Source: Auanema rhodensis (Eukaryota > Animalia > Nematoda). From it: a DNA stretch of 64,000 bases. The stretch is from the NCBI GenBank assembly GCA_964057225.1, contig OZ059894.1, positions 3,658,001-3,722,000 on the forward strand. The letters run 5' to 3'. Made by a program: the position numbers and the translations under genes. The notes under the pieces are model-generated. The model was not told where the DNA came from. It saw only the letters and a program-made list of their open reading frames with translations, and ran no database searches. Shown here piece after piece: positions 23,642 through 39,200 of the stretch; within the stretch, counting starts at the first letter, position 1, and each line of letters begins with the position of its first letter.

Positions 23642-26600
23642 GCACCAATATTAATAAAAATTTGTTTTTAGACTAATATGGACATGGGGAATCTAATTTT
23701 GAAAACCGCATCTCTTTATCTTTGACTTGAAGCGAGTTACATACCAAGTGCACATCATGTGTACACTTAATTAGCATAAATTAAAGTTCACGTAAATTTT
23801 AAAGTCATGGTTGCCATGCACCAATATCAATAAAAATTTGTTTTTAGACTAATATGGAAATGGGGAATCTATTTTGAAAACCGCATCTCTTTATCTTTCA
23901 CGTGAAGCGAGTTACATACCAAGTGCACATCATGTGTACACTTAATTAGCATAAATTAAAGTTCACGTAAATTTCAAAGTCATGGTTACCATTCACCAAT
24001 ATTAATAAAAATTTGTTTTTAGACTAATATGGACATAGGGAATCTAATTTTGAAAACCGCATCTCTTTATCTTTGACTTGAAGCGAGTTACATACCAAGT
24101 GCACATCATGTGTACACTTAATTAGCATAAATTGAAGTTCACGTAAATTTCAAAGTCATGGTTACCATCCACCAATATCAACAAAAATGTGTTTTTAGAC
24201 TAATATGGACATGGGGAATCTAATTTCGAAAAGCGCATCTCTTCATCTTTCACGTGAAGCGAGTTACATACCAAGTGCACATCACGTGTACACTTAATAA
24301 GCATAAATTAAAGTTCACGTAAATTTCAAAGTCATGGTTACCATGCACCAATATCAATAAAAATTTGTTTTTAGACTAATATGGAAATGGGGAATCTAAT
24401 TTTGAAAACCGCATCTCTTCATCTTTCACGTGAAGCGAGTTACATACCAAGTGCACATCATGTGTACACTTAATTAGCATAAATTAAAGTTCACGTAAAT
24501 TTCAAAGTCATGGTTACCTTTTATCTTTGACGTGAAGCGAGTTACATACCAAGTGCACATCATGTGTACACTTAATAAGCATAAATTAAAGTTCACGTAA
24601 ATTTCAAAGTCATGGTTACCATGCACCAATATCAATAAAAATTCGTTTTTAGACTAATATGGACATGAGGAATCTAATTTTGAAAACCGCATCTCTTCAT
24701 CTTTCATGTGAAGCGAGTTACATACCAAGTGCACATCATGTGTACACTTAATTAGCATAAATTAAAGTTCACGTAAATTTCAAAGTCATGGTTACCATGC
24801 ACCAATATTAATAAAAATTTGTTTTTAGACTAATATGGACATGGGGAATCTAATTTTGAAAACCGCATCTCTTTATCTTTGACGTGAAGCGAGTTACATA
24901 CCAAGTGCACATCATGTGTACACTTAATTAGCATAAATTAAAGTTCACGTAAATTTCAAAGTCATGGTTACCATGCACCAATATTAATAAAAATTTGTTT
25001 TTAGACTAATATGGACATAGGGAATCTAATTTTGAAAACCGCATCTCTTTATCTTTGACTTGAAGCGAGTTACATACCAAGTGCACATCATGTGTACACT
25101 TAATTAGCATAAATTAAAGTTCACGTAAATTTCAAAGTCATGGTTACCATGCACCAATATTAATAAAAATTTGTTTTTAGACTAATATGGACATAGGGAA
25201 TCTAATTTTGAAAACCGCATCTCTTTATCTTTGACGTAAAGCGAGTTACATACCAAGTGCACATCATGTGTACACTTAATTAGCATAAATTAAAGTTCAC
25301 GTAAATTTCAAAGTCATGGTTGCCATGCACCAATATTAATAAAAATTTGTTTTTAGACTAATATGGACATAGGGAATCTAATTTTGAAAACCGCATCTCT
25401 TCATCTTTCATGTGAAGCGAGTTACATACCAAGTGCACATCACGTGTACACTTAATAAGCATAAATTAAAGTTCACGTAAATTTCAAAGTCATGGTTACC
25501 ATGCACCAATATCAATAAAAATTTGTTTTTAGACTAATATGGACATAGGGAATCTAATTTTGAAAACCGCATCTCTTTATCTTTGACTTGAAGCGAGTCA
25601 CATACCAAGTGCACATCATGTGTACACTTAATTAGCATAAATTGAAGTTCACGTAAATTTCAAAGTCATGGTTACCATCCACCAATATCAACAAAAATGT
25701 GTTTTTAGACTAATATGGACATGGGGAATCTAATTTCGAAAAGCGCATCTCTTCATCTTTCACGTGAAGCGAGTTACATACCAAGTGCACATCACGTGTA
25801 CACTTAATAAGCATAAATTAAAGTTCACGTAAATTTCAAAGTCATGGTTACCATGCACCAATATCAATAAAAATTTGTTTTTAGACTAATATGGAAATGG
25901 GGAATCTAATTTTGAAAACCGCATCTCTTCATCTTTCACGTGAAGCGAGTTACATACCAAGTGCACATCATGTGTACACTTAATTAGCATAAATTAAAGT
26001 TCACGTAAATTTCAAAGTCATGGTTACCATGCACCAATATTAATAAAAATTTGTTTTTAGACTAATATGGACATGGGGAATCTAATTTTGAAAACCGCAT
26101 CCCTTTATCTTTCACGTGAAGCGAGTTACATACCAAGTGCACATCACGTGTACACTTAATAAGCATAAATTAAAGTTCACGTAAATTTCAAAGTCATGGT
26201 TACCATGCACCAATATCAATAAAAATTCGTTTTTAGACTAATATGGACATGAGGAATCTAATTTTGAAAACCGCATCTCTTCATCTTTCATGTGAAGCGA
26301 GTTACATACCAAGTGCACATCATGTGTACACTTAATTAGCATAAATTAAAGTTCACGTAAATTTCAAAGTCATGGTTACCATGCACCAATATTAATAAAA
26401 ATTTGTTTTTAGACTAATATGGACATGGGGAATCTAATTTTGAAAACCGCATCTCTTTATCTTTGACGTGAAGCGAGTTACATACCAAGTGCACATCATG
26501 TGTACACTTAATAAGCATAAATTAAAGTTCACGTAAATTTCAAAGTCATGGTTACCATGCACCAATATCAATAAAAATTCGTTTTTAGACTAATATGGAC

Positions 26601-29600
26601 ATGAGGAATCTAATTTTGAAAACCGCATCTCTTCATCTTTCATGTGAAGCGAGTTACATACCAAGTGCACATCATGTGTACACTTAATTAGCATAAATTA
26701 AAGTTCACGTAAATTTCAAAGTCATGGTTACCATGCACCAATATTAATAAAAATTTGTTTTTAGACTAATATGGACATGGGGAATCTAATTTTGAAAACC
26801 GCATCTCTTTATCTTTGACGTGAAGCGAGTTACATACCAAGTGCACATCATGTGTACACTTAATTAGCATAAATTAAAGTTCACGTAAATTTCAAAGTCA
26901 TGGTTACCATGCACCAATATTAATAAAAATTTGTTTTTAGACTAATATGGACATAGGGAATCTAATTTTGAAAACCGCATCTCTTTATCTTTGACTTGAA
27001 GCGAGTTACATACCAAGTGCACATCATGTGTACACTTAATTAGCATAAATTAAAGTTCACGTAAATTTCAAAGTCATGGTTACCATGCACCAATATTAAT
27101 AAAAATTTGTTTTTAGACTAATATGGACATAGGGAATCTAATTTTGAAAACCGCATCTCTTTATCTTTGACGTAAAGCGAGTTACATACCAAGTGCACAT
27201 CATGTGTACACTTAATTAGCATAAATTAAAGTTCACGTAAATTTCAAAGTCATGGTTGCCATGCACCAATATTAATAAAAATTTGTTTTTAGACTAATAT
27301 GGACATAGGGAATCTAATTTTGAACACCGCATCTCTTTATCTTTGACTTGAAGCGAGTTACATACCAAGTTCACATCATGTGTACACTTAATTAGCATAA
27401 ATTAAAGTTCACGTAAATTTCAAAGTCATGGTTACCATGCACCAATATTAATAAAAATTTGTTTTTAGACTAATATGGACATAGGGAATCTAATTTTGAA
27501 AACCGCATCTCTTTATCTTTGACGTAAAGCGAGTTACATACCAAGTGCACATCATGTGTACACTTAATTAGCATAAATTAAAGTTCACGTAAATTTCAAA
27601 GTCATGGTTACCATGCACCAATATCAATAAAAATTTGTTTTTAGACTAATATGGAAATGGGGAATCTAATTTTGAAAACCGCATCTCTTCATCTTTCACG
27701 TGAAGCGAGTTACATACCAAGTGCACATCATGAGTACACTTAATTAGCATAAATTAAAGTTCACGTAAATTTCAAAGTCATGGTTACCATGCACCAATAT
27801 CAATAAAAATTTGTTTTTAGACTAATATGGACATGGGGAATCTAATTTTGAAAACCGCATCCCTTTATCTTTCACGTGAAGCGAGTTACATACCAAGTGC
27901 ACATCACGTGTACACTTAATAAGCATAAATTAAAGTTCACGTAAATTTCAAAGTCATGGTTACCATGCACCAATATCAATAAAAATTCGTTTTTAGACTA
28001 ATATGGACATGAGGAATCTAATTTTGAAAACCGCATCTCTTTATCTTTGACGTGAAGCGAGTTACATACCAAGTGCACATCATGTGTACACTTAATTAGC
28101 ATAAATTAAAGTTCACGTAAATTTCAAAGTCATGGTTACCATGCACCAATAATAATAAAAATTTGTTTTTAGACTAATATGGACATGGGGAAACTAATTT
28201 TGAAAACCGCATCTCTTTATCTTTGACGTGAAGCGAATTACATACCAAGTGCACATCATGTGTACACTTAATTAGCATAAATTTAAGTTCACGTAAATTT
28301 TAAAGTCATGGTTGCCATGCACCAATATCAATAAAAATTTGTTTTTAGACTAACATGGAAATGGGGAATCTAATTTTGAAAACCGCATCTCTTTATCTTT
28401 CACGTGAAGCGAGTTACATACCAAGCACACATCATGTGTACACTTAATTAGCATAAATTAAAGTTCACGTAAATTTCAAAGTCATGGTTACCATGCACCA
28501 ATATTAATAAAAATTTGTTTTTAGACTAATATGGACATGGGGAATCTAATTTTGAAAACCGCATCCCTTTATCTTTCACGTGAAGCGAGTTACATACCAA
28601 GTGCACATCACGTGTACACTTAATAAGCATAAATTAAAGTTCACGTAAATTTCAAAGTCATGGTTACCATGCACCAATATCAATAAAAATTCGTTTTTAG
28701 ACTAATATGGACATGAGGAATCTAATTTTGAAAACCGCATCTCTTCATCTTTCATGTGAAGCGAGTTACATACCAAGTGCACATCATGTGTACACTTAAT
28801 TAGCATAAATTAAAGTTCACGTAAATTTCAAAGTCATGGTTACCATGCACCAATATTAATAAAAATTTGTTTTTAGACTAATATGGACATGGGGAATCTA
28901 ATTTTGAAAACCGCATCTCTTTATCTTTGACGTGAAGCGAGTTACATACCAAGCGCACATCATGTGTACACTTAATTAGCATAAATTAAAGTTCACGTAA
29001 ATTTCAAAGTCATGGTTACCATGCACCAATATTAATAAAAATTTGTTTTTAGACTAATATGGACATGGGGAATCTAATTTTGAAAACCGCATCTCTTTAT
29101 CTTTGACGTAAAGCGAGTTACATACCAAGTGCACATCATGTGTACACTTAATTAGCATAAATTAAAGTTAACGTAAATTTTAAAGTCATGGTTGCCATGC
29201 ACCAATATCAATAAAAATTTGTTTTTAGACTAATATGGAAATGGGGAATCTATTTTGAAAACCGCATCTCTTTATCTTTCACGTGAAGCGAGTTACATAC
29301 CAAGTGCACATCATGTGTTCACTTAATTAGCATAAATTAAAGTTCACGTAAATTTCAAAGTCATGGTTACCATTCACCAATATTGATAAAAATTTGTTTT
29401 TAGACTAATATGGACATAGGGAATCTAATTTTGAAAACCGCATCTCTTTATCTTTGACTTGAAGCGAGTTACATACCAAGTGCACATCATGTGTACACTT
29501 AATTAGCATAAATTGAAGTTCACGTAAATTTCAAAGTCATGGTTACCATCCACCTATATCAACAAAAATGTGTTTTTAGACTAATATGGACATGGGGAAT

Positions 29601-30599
29601 CTAATTTCGAAAAGCGCATCTCTTCATCTTTCACGTGAAGCGAGTTACATACCAAGTGCACATCACGTGTACACTTAATAAGCATAAATTAAAGTTCACG
29701 TAAATTTCAAAGTCATGGTTACCATGCACCAATATCAATAAAAATTCGTTTTTAGACTAATATTGAAATGGGGAATCTAATTTTGAAAACCGCATCTCTT
29801 CATCTTTCACGTGAAGCGAGTTACATACCAAGTGCACATCATGTGTACACTTAATTAGCATAAATTAAAGTTCACGTAAATTTCAAAGTCATGGTTACCA
29901 TGCACCAATATCAATAAAAATTTGTTTTTAGACTAATATGGACATGGGGAATCTAATTTTGAAAACCGCATCCCTTTATCTTTCACGTGAAGCGAGTTAC
30001 ATACCAAGTGCACATCACGTGTACACTTAATAAGCATAAATTGAAGTTCACGTAAATTTCAAAGTCATGGTTACCATGCACCAATATCAATAAAAATTCG
30101 TTTTTAGACTAATATGGACATGAGGAATCTAATTTTGAAAACCGCATCTCTTCATCTTTCACGTGAAGCGAGTTACATACCAAGTGCACATCATGTGTAC
30201 ACTTAATTAGCATAAATTAAAGTTCACGTAAATTTCAAAGTCATGGTTACCATGCACCAATATTAATAAAAATTTGTTTTTAGACTAATATGGACATGGG
30301 GAATCTAATTTTGAAAACCGCATCTCTTTATCTTTGACGTGAAGCGAGTTACATACCAAGTGCACATCATGTGTACACTTAATTAGCATAAATTAAAGTT
30401 CACGTAAATTTCAAAGTCATGGTTACCATGCACCAATATTAATAAAAATTTGTTTTTAGACTAATATGGACATGAGGAATCTAATTTTGAAAACCGCATC
30501 TCTTCATCTTTCACGTGAAGCGAGTTACATACCAAGTGCACATCATGTGTACACTTAATTAGCATAAATTAAAGTTCACGTAAATTTCAAAGTCATGGT

Positions 30600-33240
30600 T
30601 ACCATGCACCAATATCAATAAAAATTTGTTTTTAGACTAATATGGAAATGGGGAATCTAATTTTGAAAACCGCATCTCTTCATCTTTCACGTGAAGCGAG
30701 TTACATACCAAGTGCACATCATGTGTACACTTAATTAGCATAAATTAAAGTTCACGTAAATTTCAAAGTCATGGTTACCATGCACCAATATTAATAAAAA
30801 TTTGTTTTTAGACTAATATGGACATGGGGAATCTAATTTTGAAAACCGCATCTCTTTATCTTTGACGTGAAGCGAGGTACATACCAAGTGCACATCATGT
30901 GTACACTTAATTAGCATAAATTGAAGTTCACGTAAATTTCAAAGTCATGGTTACCATGCACCAATATTAATAAAAATTTGTTTTTAGACTAATATGGACA
31001 TGGGGAATCTAATTTTGGAAACCGCATCTCTTTATCTTTGACTTGAAGCGAGTTACATACCAAGTGCACATCATGTGTACACTTAATTAGCATAAATTGA
31101 AGTTCACGTAAATTTCAAAGTCATGGTTACCATCCACCTATATCAACAAAAATGTGTTTTTAGACTAATATGGACATGGGGAATCTAATTTCGAAAAGCG
31201 CATCTCTTCATCTTTCACGTGAAGCGAGTTACATACCAAGTGCACATCACGTGTACACTTAATAAGCATAAATTAAAGTTCACGTAAATTTCAAAGTCAT
31301 GGTTACCATGCACCAATATCAATAAAAATTCGTTTTTAGACTAATATTGAAATGGGGAATCTAATTTTGAAAACCGCATCTCTTCATCTTTCACGTGAAG
31401 CGAGTTACATACCAAGTGCACATCATGTGTACACTTAATTAGCATAAATTAAAGTTCACGTAAATTTCAAAGTCATGGTTACCATGCACCAATATCAATC
31501 AAAATTTGTTTTTAGACTAATATGGAAATGGGGAATCTAATTTTGAAAACCGCATCTCTTCATCTTTCACGTGAAGCGAGTTACATACCAAGTGCACATC
31601 ATGTGTACACTTAATTAGCATAAATTAAAGTTCACGTAAATTTCAAAGTCATGGTTACCATGCACCAATATTAATAAAAATTTGTTTTTAGACTAATATG
31701 GACATGGGGAATCTAATTTTGAAAACCGCATCTCTTTATCTTTGACGTGAAGCGAGGTACATACCAAGTGCACATCATGTGTACACTTAATTAGCATAAA
31801 TTGAAGTTCACGTAAATTTCAAAGTCATGGTTACCATGCACCAATATTAATAAAAATTTGTTTTTAGACTAATATGGACATGGGGAATCTAATTTTGGAA
31901 ACCGCATCTCTTTATCTTTGACTTGAAGCGAGTTACATACCAAGTGCACATCATGTGTACACTTAATTAGCATAAATTGAAGTTCACGTAAATTTCAAAG
32001 TCATGGTTACCATCCACCTATATCAACAAAAATGTGTTTTTAGACTAATATGGACATGGGGAATCTAATTTCGAAAAGCGCATCTCTTCATCTTTCACGT
32101 GAAGCGAGTTACATACCAAGTGCACATCACGTGTACACTTAATAAGCATAAATTAAAGTTCACGTAAATTTCAAAGTCATGGTTACCATGCACCAATATC
32201 AATAAAAATTCGTTTTTAGACTAATATTGAAATGGGGAATCTAATTTTGAAAACCGCATCTCTTCATCTTTCACGTGAAGCGAGTTACATACCAAGTGCA
32301 CATCATGTGTACACTTAATTAGCATAAATTAAAGTTCACGTAAATTTCAAAGTCATGGTTACCATGCACCAATATCAATCAAAATTTGTTTTTAGACTAA
32401 TATGGAAATGGGGAATCTAATTTTGAAAACCGCATCTCTTCATCTTTCACGTGAAGCGAGTTACATACCAAGTGCACATCATGTGTACACTTAATTAGCA
32501 TAAATTAAAGTTCACGTAAATTTCAAAGTCATGGTTACCATGCACCAATATTAATAAAAATTTGTTTTTAGACTAATATGGACATGGGGAATCTAATTTT
32601 GAAAACCGCATCTCTTTATCTTTGACGTGAAGCGAGGTACATACCAAGTGCACATCATGTGTACACTTAATTAGCATAAATTGAAGTTCACGTAAATTTC
32701 AAAGTCATGGTTACCATGCACCAATATTAATAAAAATTTGTTTTTAGACTAATATGGACATGGGGAATCTAATTTTGGAAACCGCATCTCTTTATCTTTG
32801 ACTTGAAGCGAGTTACATACCAAGTGCACATCATGTGTACACTTAATTAGCATAAATTGAAGTTCACGTAAATTTCAAAGTCATGGTTACCATCCACCTA
32901 TATCAACAAAAATGTGTTTTTAGACTAATATGGACATGGGGAATCTAATTTCGAAAAGCGCATCTCTTCATCTTTCACGTGAAGCGAGTTACATACCAAG
33001 TGCACATCACGTGTACACTTAATAAGCATAAATTAAAGTTCACGTAAATTTCAAAGTCATGGTTACCATGCACCAATATCAATAAAAATTCGTTTTTAGA
33101 CTAATATTGAAATGGGGAATCTAATTTTGAAAACCGCATCTCTTCATCTTTCACGTGAAGCGAGTTACATACCAAGTGCACATCATGTGTACACTTAATT
33201 AGCATAAATTAAAGTTCACGTAAATTTCAAAGTCATGGTT
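30600..33240. repeat. SatA 5-mer higher-order repeat (880 bp), three copies; boundaries approximate
   Basis: Rare variant AGCGAGGTAC at 30871, 31751 and 32631, co-occurring with TTTGGAAACC, CACCTATATC and ATATTGAAAT at the same spacing. Confidence 0.9.
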
Positions 33241-36200
33241 ACCATGCACCAATATCAATAAAAATTTGTTTTTAGACTAATATGGACATGGGGAATCTAA
33301 TTTTGAAAACCGCATCCCTTTATCTTTCACGTGAAGCGAGTTACATACCAAGTGCACATCACGTGTACACTTAATAAGCATAAATTGAAGTTCACGTAAA
33401 TTTCAAAGTCATGGTTACCATGCACCAATATCAATAAAAATTCGTTTTTAGACTAATATGGACATGAGGAATCTAATTTTGAAAACCGCATCTCTTCATC
33501 TTTCACGTGAAGCGAGTTACATACCAAGTGCACATCATGTGTACACTTAATTAGCATAAATTAAAGTTCACGTAAATTTCAAAGTCATGGTTACCATGCA
33601 CCAATATTAATAAAAATTTGTTTTTAGACTAATATGGACATGGGGAATCTAATTTTGAAAACCGCATCTCTTTATCTTTGACGTGAAGCGAGTTACATAC
33701 CAAGTGCACATCATGTGTACACTTAATTAGCATAAATTAAAGTTCACGTAAATTTCAAAGTCATGGTTACCATGCACCAATATTAATAAAAATTTGTTTT
33801 TAGACTAATATGGACATGAGGAATCTAATTTTGAAAACCGCATCTCTTCATCTTTCACGTGAAGCGAGTTACATACCAAGTGCACATCATGTGTACACTT
33901 AATTAGCATAAATTAAAGTTCACGTAAATTTCAAAGTCATGGTTACCATGCACCAATATCAATAAAAATTTGTTTTTAGACTAATATGGAAATGGGGAAT
34001 CTAATTTTGAAAACCGCATCTCTTCATCTTTCACGTGAAGCGAGTTACATACCAAGTGCACATCATGTGTACACTTAATTAGCATAAATTAAAGTTCACG
34101 TAAATTTCAAAGTCATGGTTACCATGCACCAATATTAATAAAAATTTGTTTTTAGACTAATATGGACATGGGGAATCTAATTTTGAAAACCGCATCTCTT
34201 TATCTTTGACGTGAAGCGAGGTACATACCAAGTGCACATCATGTGTACACTTAATTAGCATAAATTGAAGTTCACGTAAATTTCAAAGTCATGGTTACCA
34301 TGCACCAATATTAATAAAAATTTGTTTTTAGACTAATATGGACATGGGGAATCTAATTTTGAAAACCGCATCTCTTTATCTTTGACGTGAAGCGAGTTAC
34401 ATACCAAGTGCACATCATGTGTACACTCAATTAGCATAAATTTAAGTTCACGTAAATTTTAAAGTCATGGTTGCCATGCACCAATATCAATAAAAATTTG
34501 TTTTTAGACTAACATGGAAATGGGGAATGTAATTTTGAAAACCGCATCTCTTTATCTTTCACGTGAAGCGAGTTACATACCAAGCGCATATCATGTGTAC
34601 ACTTAATTAGCATAAATTAAAGTTCACGTAAATTTCAAAGTCATGGTTACCATGCACCAATATTAATAAAAATTTGTTTTTAGACTAATATGGACATGGG
34701 GAATCTAATTTTGGAAACCGCATCTCTTTATCTTTGACGTAAAGCGAGTTACATACCAAGTGCACATCATGTGTACACTTCATTAGCATAAATTAAAGTT
34801 CACGTAAATTTTAAAGTCATGGTTGCCATGCACCAATATCAATAAAAATTGGTTTTTAGACTAATATGGAAATGGGGAATCTATTTTGAAAACCGCATCT
34901 CTTTATCTTTCACGTGAAGCGAGTTACATACCAAGTGCACATCATGTGTACACTTAATTAGCATAAATTAAAGTTCACGTAAATTTCAAAGTCATGGTTA
35001 CCATTCACCAATATTAATAAAAATTTGTTTTTAGACTAATATGGACATAGGGAATCTAATTGTGAAAACCGCATCTCTTTATCTTTGACTTGAAGCGAGT
35101 TACATACCAAGTGCACATCATGTGTACACTTAATTAGCATAAATTGAAGTTCACGTAAATTTCAAAGTCATGGTTACCATCCACCTATATCAACAAAAAT
35201 GTGTTTTTAGACTAATATGGACATGGGGAATCTAATTTCGAAAAGCGCATCTCTTCATCTTTCACGTGAAGCGAGTTACATACCAAGTGCACATCACGTG
35301 TACACTTAATAAGTATAAATTAAAGTTCACGTAAATTTCAAAGTCATGGTTACCATGCACCAATATTAATAAAAATTTGTTTTTAGACTAATATGGAAAT
35401 GGGGAATCTAATTTTGAAAACCGCATCTCTTTATCTTTCACGTGAAGCGAGTTACATACCAAGCGCATATCATGTGTACACTTAATTAGCATAAATTAAA
35501 GTTCACGTAAATTTCAAAGTCATGGTTACCATGCACCAATATTAATAAAAATTTGTTTTTAGACTAATATGGAAATGGGGAATCTAATTTTGGAAACCGC
35601 ATCTCTTTATCTTTGACGTAAAGCGAGTTACATACCAAGTGCACATCATGTGTACACTTCATTAGCATAAATTAAAGTTCACGTAAATTTTAAAGTCATG
35701 GTTGCCATGCACCAATATCAATAAAAATTGGTTTTTAGACTAATATGGAAATGGGGAATCTATTTTGAGAACCGCATCTCTTTATCTTTCACGTGAAGCG
35801 AGTTACATACCAAGTGCACATCATGTGTACACTTAATTAGCATAAATTGAAGTTCACGTAAATTTCAAAGTCATGGTTACCATGCACCAATATTAATAAA
35901 AATTTGTTTTTAGACTAATATGGACATGGGGAATCTAATTTTGAAAACCGCATCTCTTTATCTTTGACTTGAAGCGAGTTACATACCAAGTGCACATCAT
36001 GTGTACACTTAATTAGCATAAATTGAAGTTCACGTAAATTTCAAAGTCATGGTTACCATGCACCAATATTAATAAAAATTTGTTTTTAGACTAATATGGA
36101 AATGGGGAATCTAATTTTGAAAACCGCATCTCTTTATCTTTCACGTGAAGCGAGTTACATACCAAGTGCATATCATGTGTACACTTAATTAGCATAAATT

Positions 36201-39200
36201 AAAGTTCACGTAAATTTCAAAGTCATGGTTACCATGCACCAATATTAATAAAAATTTGTTTTTAGACTAATATGGAAATGGGGAATCTAATTTTGAAAAC
36301 CGCATCTCTTCATCTTTCACGTGAAGCGAGTTACATACCAAGTGCACATCATGTGTACACTTAATTAGCATAAATTAAAGTTCACGTAAATTTCAAAGTC
36401 ATGGTTACCATGCACCAATATTAATAAAAATTTGTTTTTAGACTAATATGGACATGGGGAATCTAATTTTGAAAACCGCATCTCTTTATCTTTGACGTGA
36501 AGCGAGGTACATACCAAGTGCACATCATGTGTACACTTAATTAGCATAAATTGAAGTTCACGTAAATTTCAAAGTCATGGTTACCATGCACCAATATTAA
36601 TAAAAATTTGTTTTTAGACTAACATGGAAATGGGGAATGTAATTTTGAAAACCGCATCTCTTTATCTTTCACGTGAAGCGAGTTACATACCAAGCGCATA
36701 TCATGTGTACACTTAATTAGCATAAATTAAAGTTCACGTAAATTTCAAAGTCATGGTTACCATGCACCAATATTAATAAAAATTTGTTTTTAGACTAATA
36801 TGGACATGGGGAATCTAATTTTGGAAACCGCATCTCTTTATCTTTGACGTAAAGCGAGTTACATACCAAGTGCACATCATGTGTACACTTCATTAGCATA
36901 AATTAAAGTTCACGTAAATTTTAAAGTCATGGTTGCCATGCACCAATATCAATAAAAATTGGTTTTTAGACTAATATGGAAATGGGGAATCTATTTTGAA
37001 AACCGCATCTCTTTATCTTTCACGTGAAGCGAGTTACATACCAAGTGCACATCATGTGTACACTTAATTAGCATAAATTAAAGTTCACGTAAATTTCAAA
37101 GTCATGGTTACCATTCACCAATATTAATAAAAATTTGTTTTTAGACTAATATGGACATAGGGAATCTAATTGTGAAAACCGCATCTCTTTATCTTTGACT
37201 TGAAGCGAGTTACATACCAAGTGCACATCATGTGTACACTTAATTAGCATAAATTGAAGTTCACGTAAATTTCAAAGTCATGGTTACCATCCACCTATAT
37301 CAACAAAAATGTGTTTTTAGACTAATATGGACATGGGGAATCTAATTTCGAAAAGCGCATCTCTTCATCTTTCACGTGAAGCGAGTTACATACCAAGTGC
37401 ACATCACGTGTACACTTAATAAGTATAAATTAAAGTTCACGTAAATTTCAAAGTCATGGTTACCATGCACCAATATTAATAAAAATTTGTTTTTAGACTA
37501 ATATGGAAATGGGGAATCTAATTTTGAAAACCGCATCTCTTTATCTTTCACGTGAAGCGAGTTACATACCAAGCGCATATCATGTGTACACTTAATTAGC
37601 ATAAATTAAAGTTCACGTAAATTTCAAAGTCATGGTTACCATGCACCAATATTAATAAAAATTTGTTTTTAGACTAATATGGAAATGGGGAATCTAATTT
37701 TGGAAACCGCATCTCTTTATCTTTGACGTAAAGCGAGTTACATACCAAGTGCACATCATGTGTACACTTCATTAGCATAAATTAAAGTTCACGTAAATTT
37801 TAAAGTCATGGTTGCCATGCACCAATATCAATAAAAATTGGTTTTTAGACTAATATGGAAATGGGGAATCTATTTTGAGAACCGCATCTCTTTATCTTTC
37901 ACGTGAAGCGAGTTACATACCAAGTGCACATCATGTGTACACTTAATTAGCATAAATTAAAGTTCACGTAAATTTCAAAGTCATGGTTACCATTCACCAA
38001 TATTAATAAAAATTTGTTTTTAGACTAATATGGACATAGGGAATCTAATTTCGAAAAGCGCATCTCTTCATCTTTCACGTGAAGCGAGTTACATACCAAG
38101 TGCACATCACGTGTACACTTAATAAGCATAAATTAAAGTTCACGTAAATTTCAAAGTCATGGTTACCATGCACCAATATTAATAAAAATTTGTTTTTAGA
38201 CTAATATGGAAATGGGGAATCTAATTTTGAAAACCGCATCTCTTCATCTTTCACGTGAAGCGAGTTACATACCAAGTGCACATCATGTGTACACTTAATT
38301 AGCATAAATTAAAGTTCACGTAAATTTCAAAGTCATGGTTACCATGCACCAATATCAATAAAAATTTGTTTTTAGACTAATATGGACATGGAGAATCTAA
38401 TTTTGAAAACCGCATCCCTTTATCTTTCACGTGAAGCGAGTTACATACCAAGTGCACATCACGTGTACACTTAATAAGCATAAATTAAAGTTCACGTAAA
38501 TTTCAAAGTCATGGTTACCATGCACCAATATCAATAAAAATTCGTTTTTAGACTAATATGAACATGAGGAATCTAATTTTGAAAACCGCATCTCTTCATC
38601 TTTCACCTGAAGCGAGTTACATACCAAGTGCACATCATGTGTACACTTAATTAGCATAAATTAAAGTTCACGTAAATTTCAAAGTCATGGTTACCATGCA
38701 CCAATATTAATAAAAATTTGTTTTTAGACTAATATGGACATGGGGAATCTAATTTTGAAAACCGCATCTCTTTATCTTTGACGTGAAGCGAGTTACATAC
38801 CAAGTGCACATCATGTGTACACTTAATTAGCATAAATTAAAGTTCACGTAAATTTCAAAGTCATGGTTACCATGCACCAATATCAATAAAAATTTGTTTT
38901 TAGACTAATATGGAAATGGGGAATCTAATTTTGAAAACCGCATCTCTTCATCTTTCACGTGAAGCGAGTTACATACCAAGCGCACATCATGTGTACACTT
39001 AATTAGCATAAATTAAAGTTCACGTAAATTTCAAAGTCATGGTTACCATGCACCAATATTAATAAAAATTTGTTTTTAGACTAATATGGACATGGGGAAT
39101 CTAATTTTGAAAACCGCATCTCTTTATCTTAGACGTAAAGCGAGTTACATACCAAGTGCACATCATGTGTACACTTAATTAGCATAAATTGAAGTTCACG

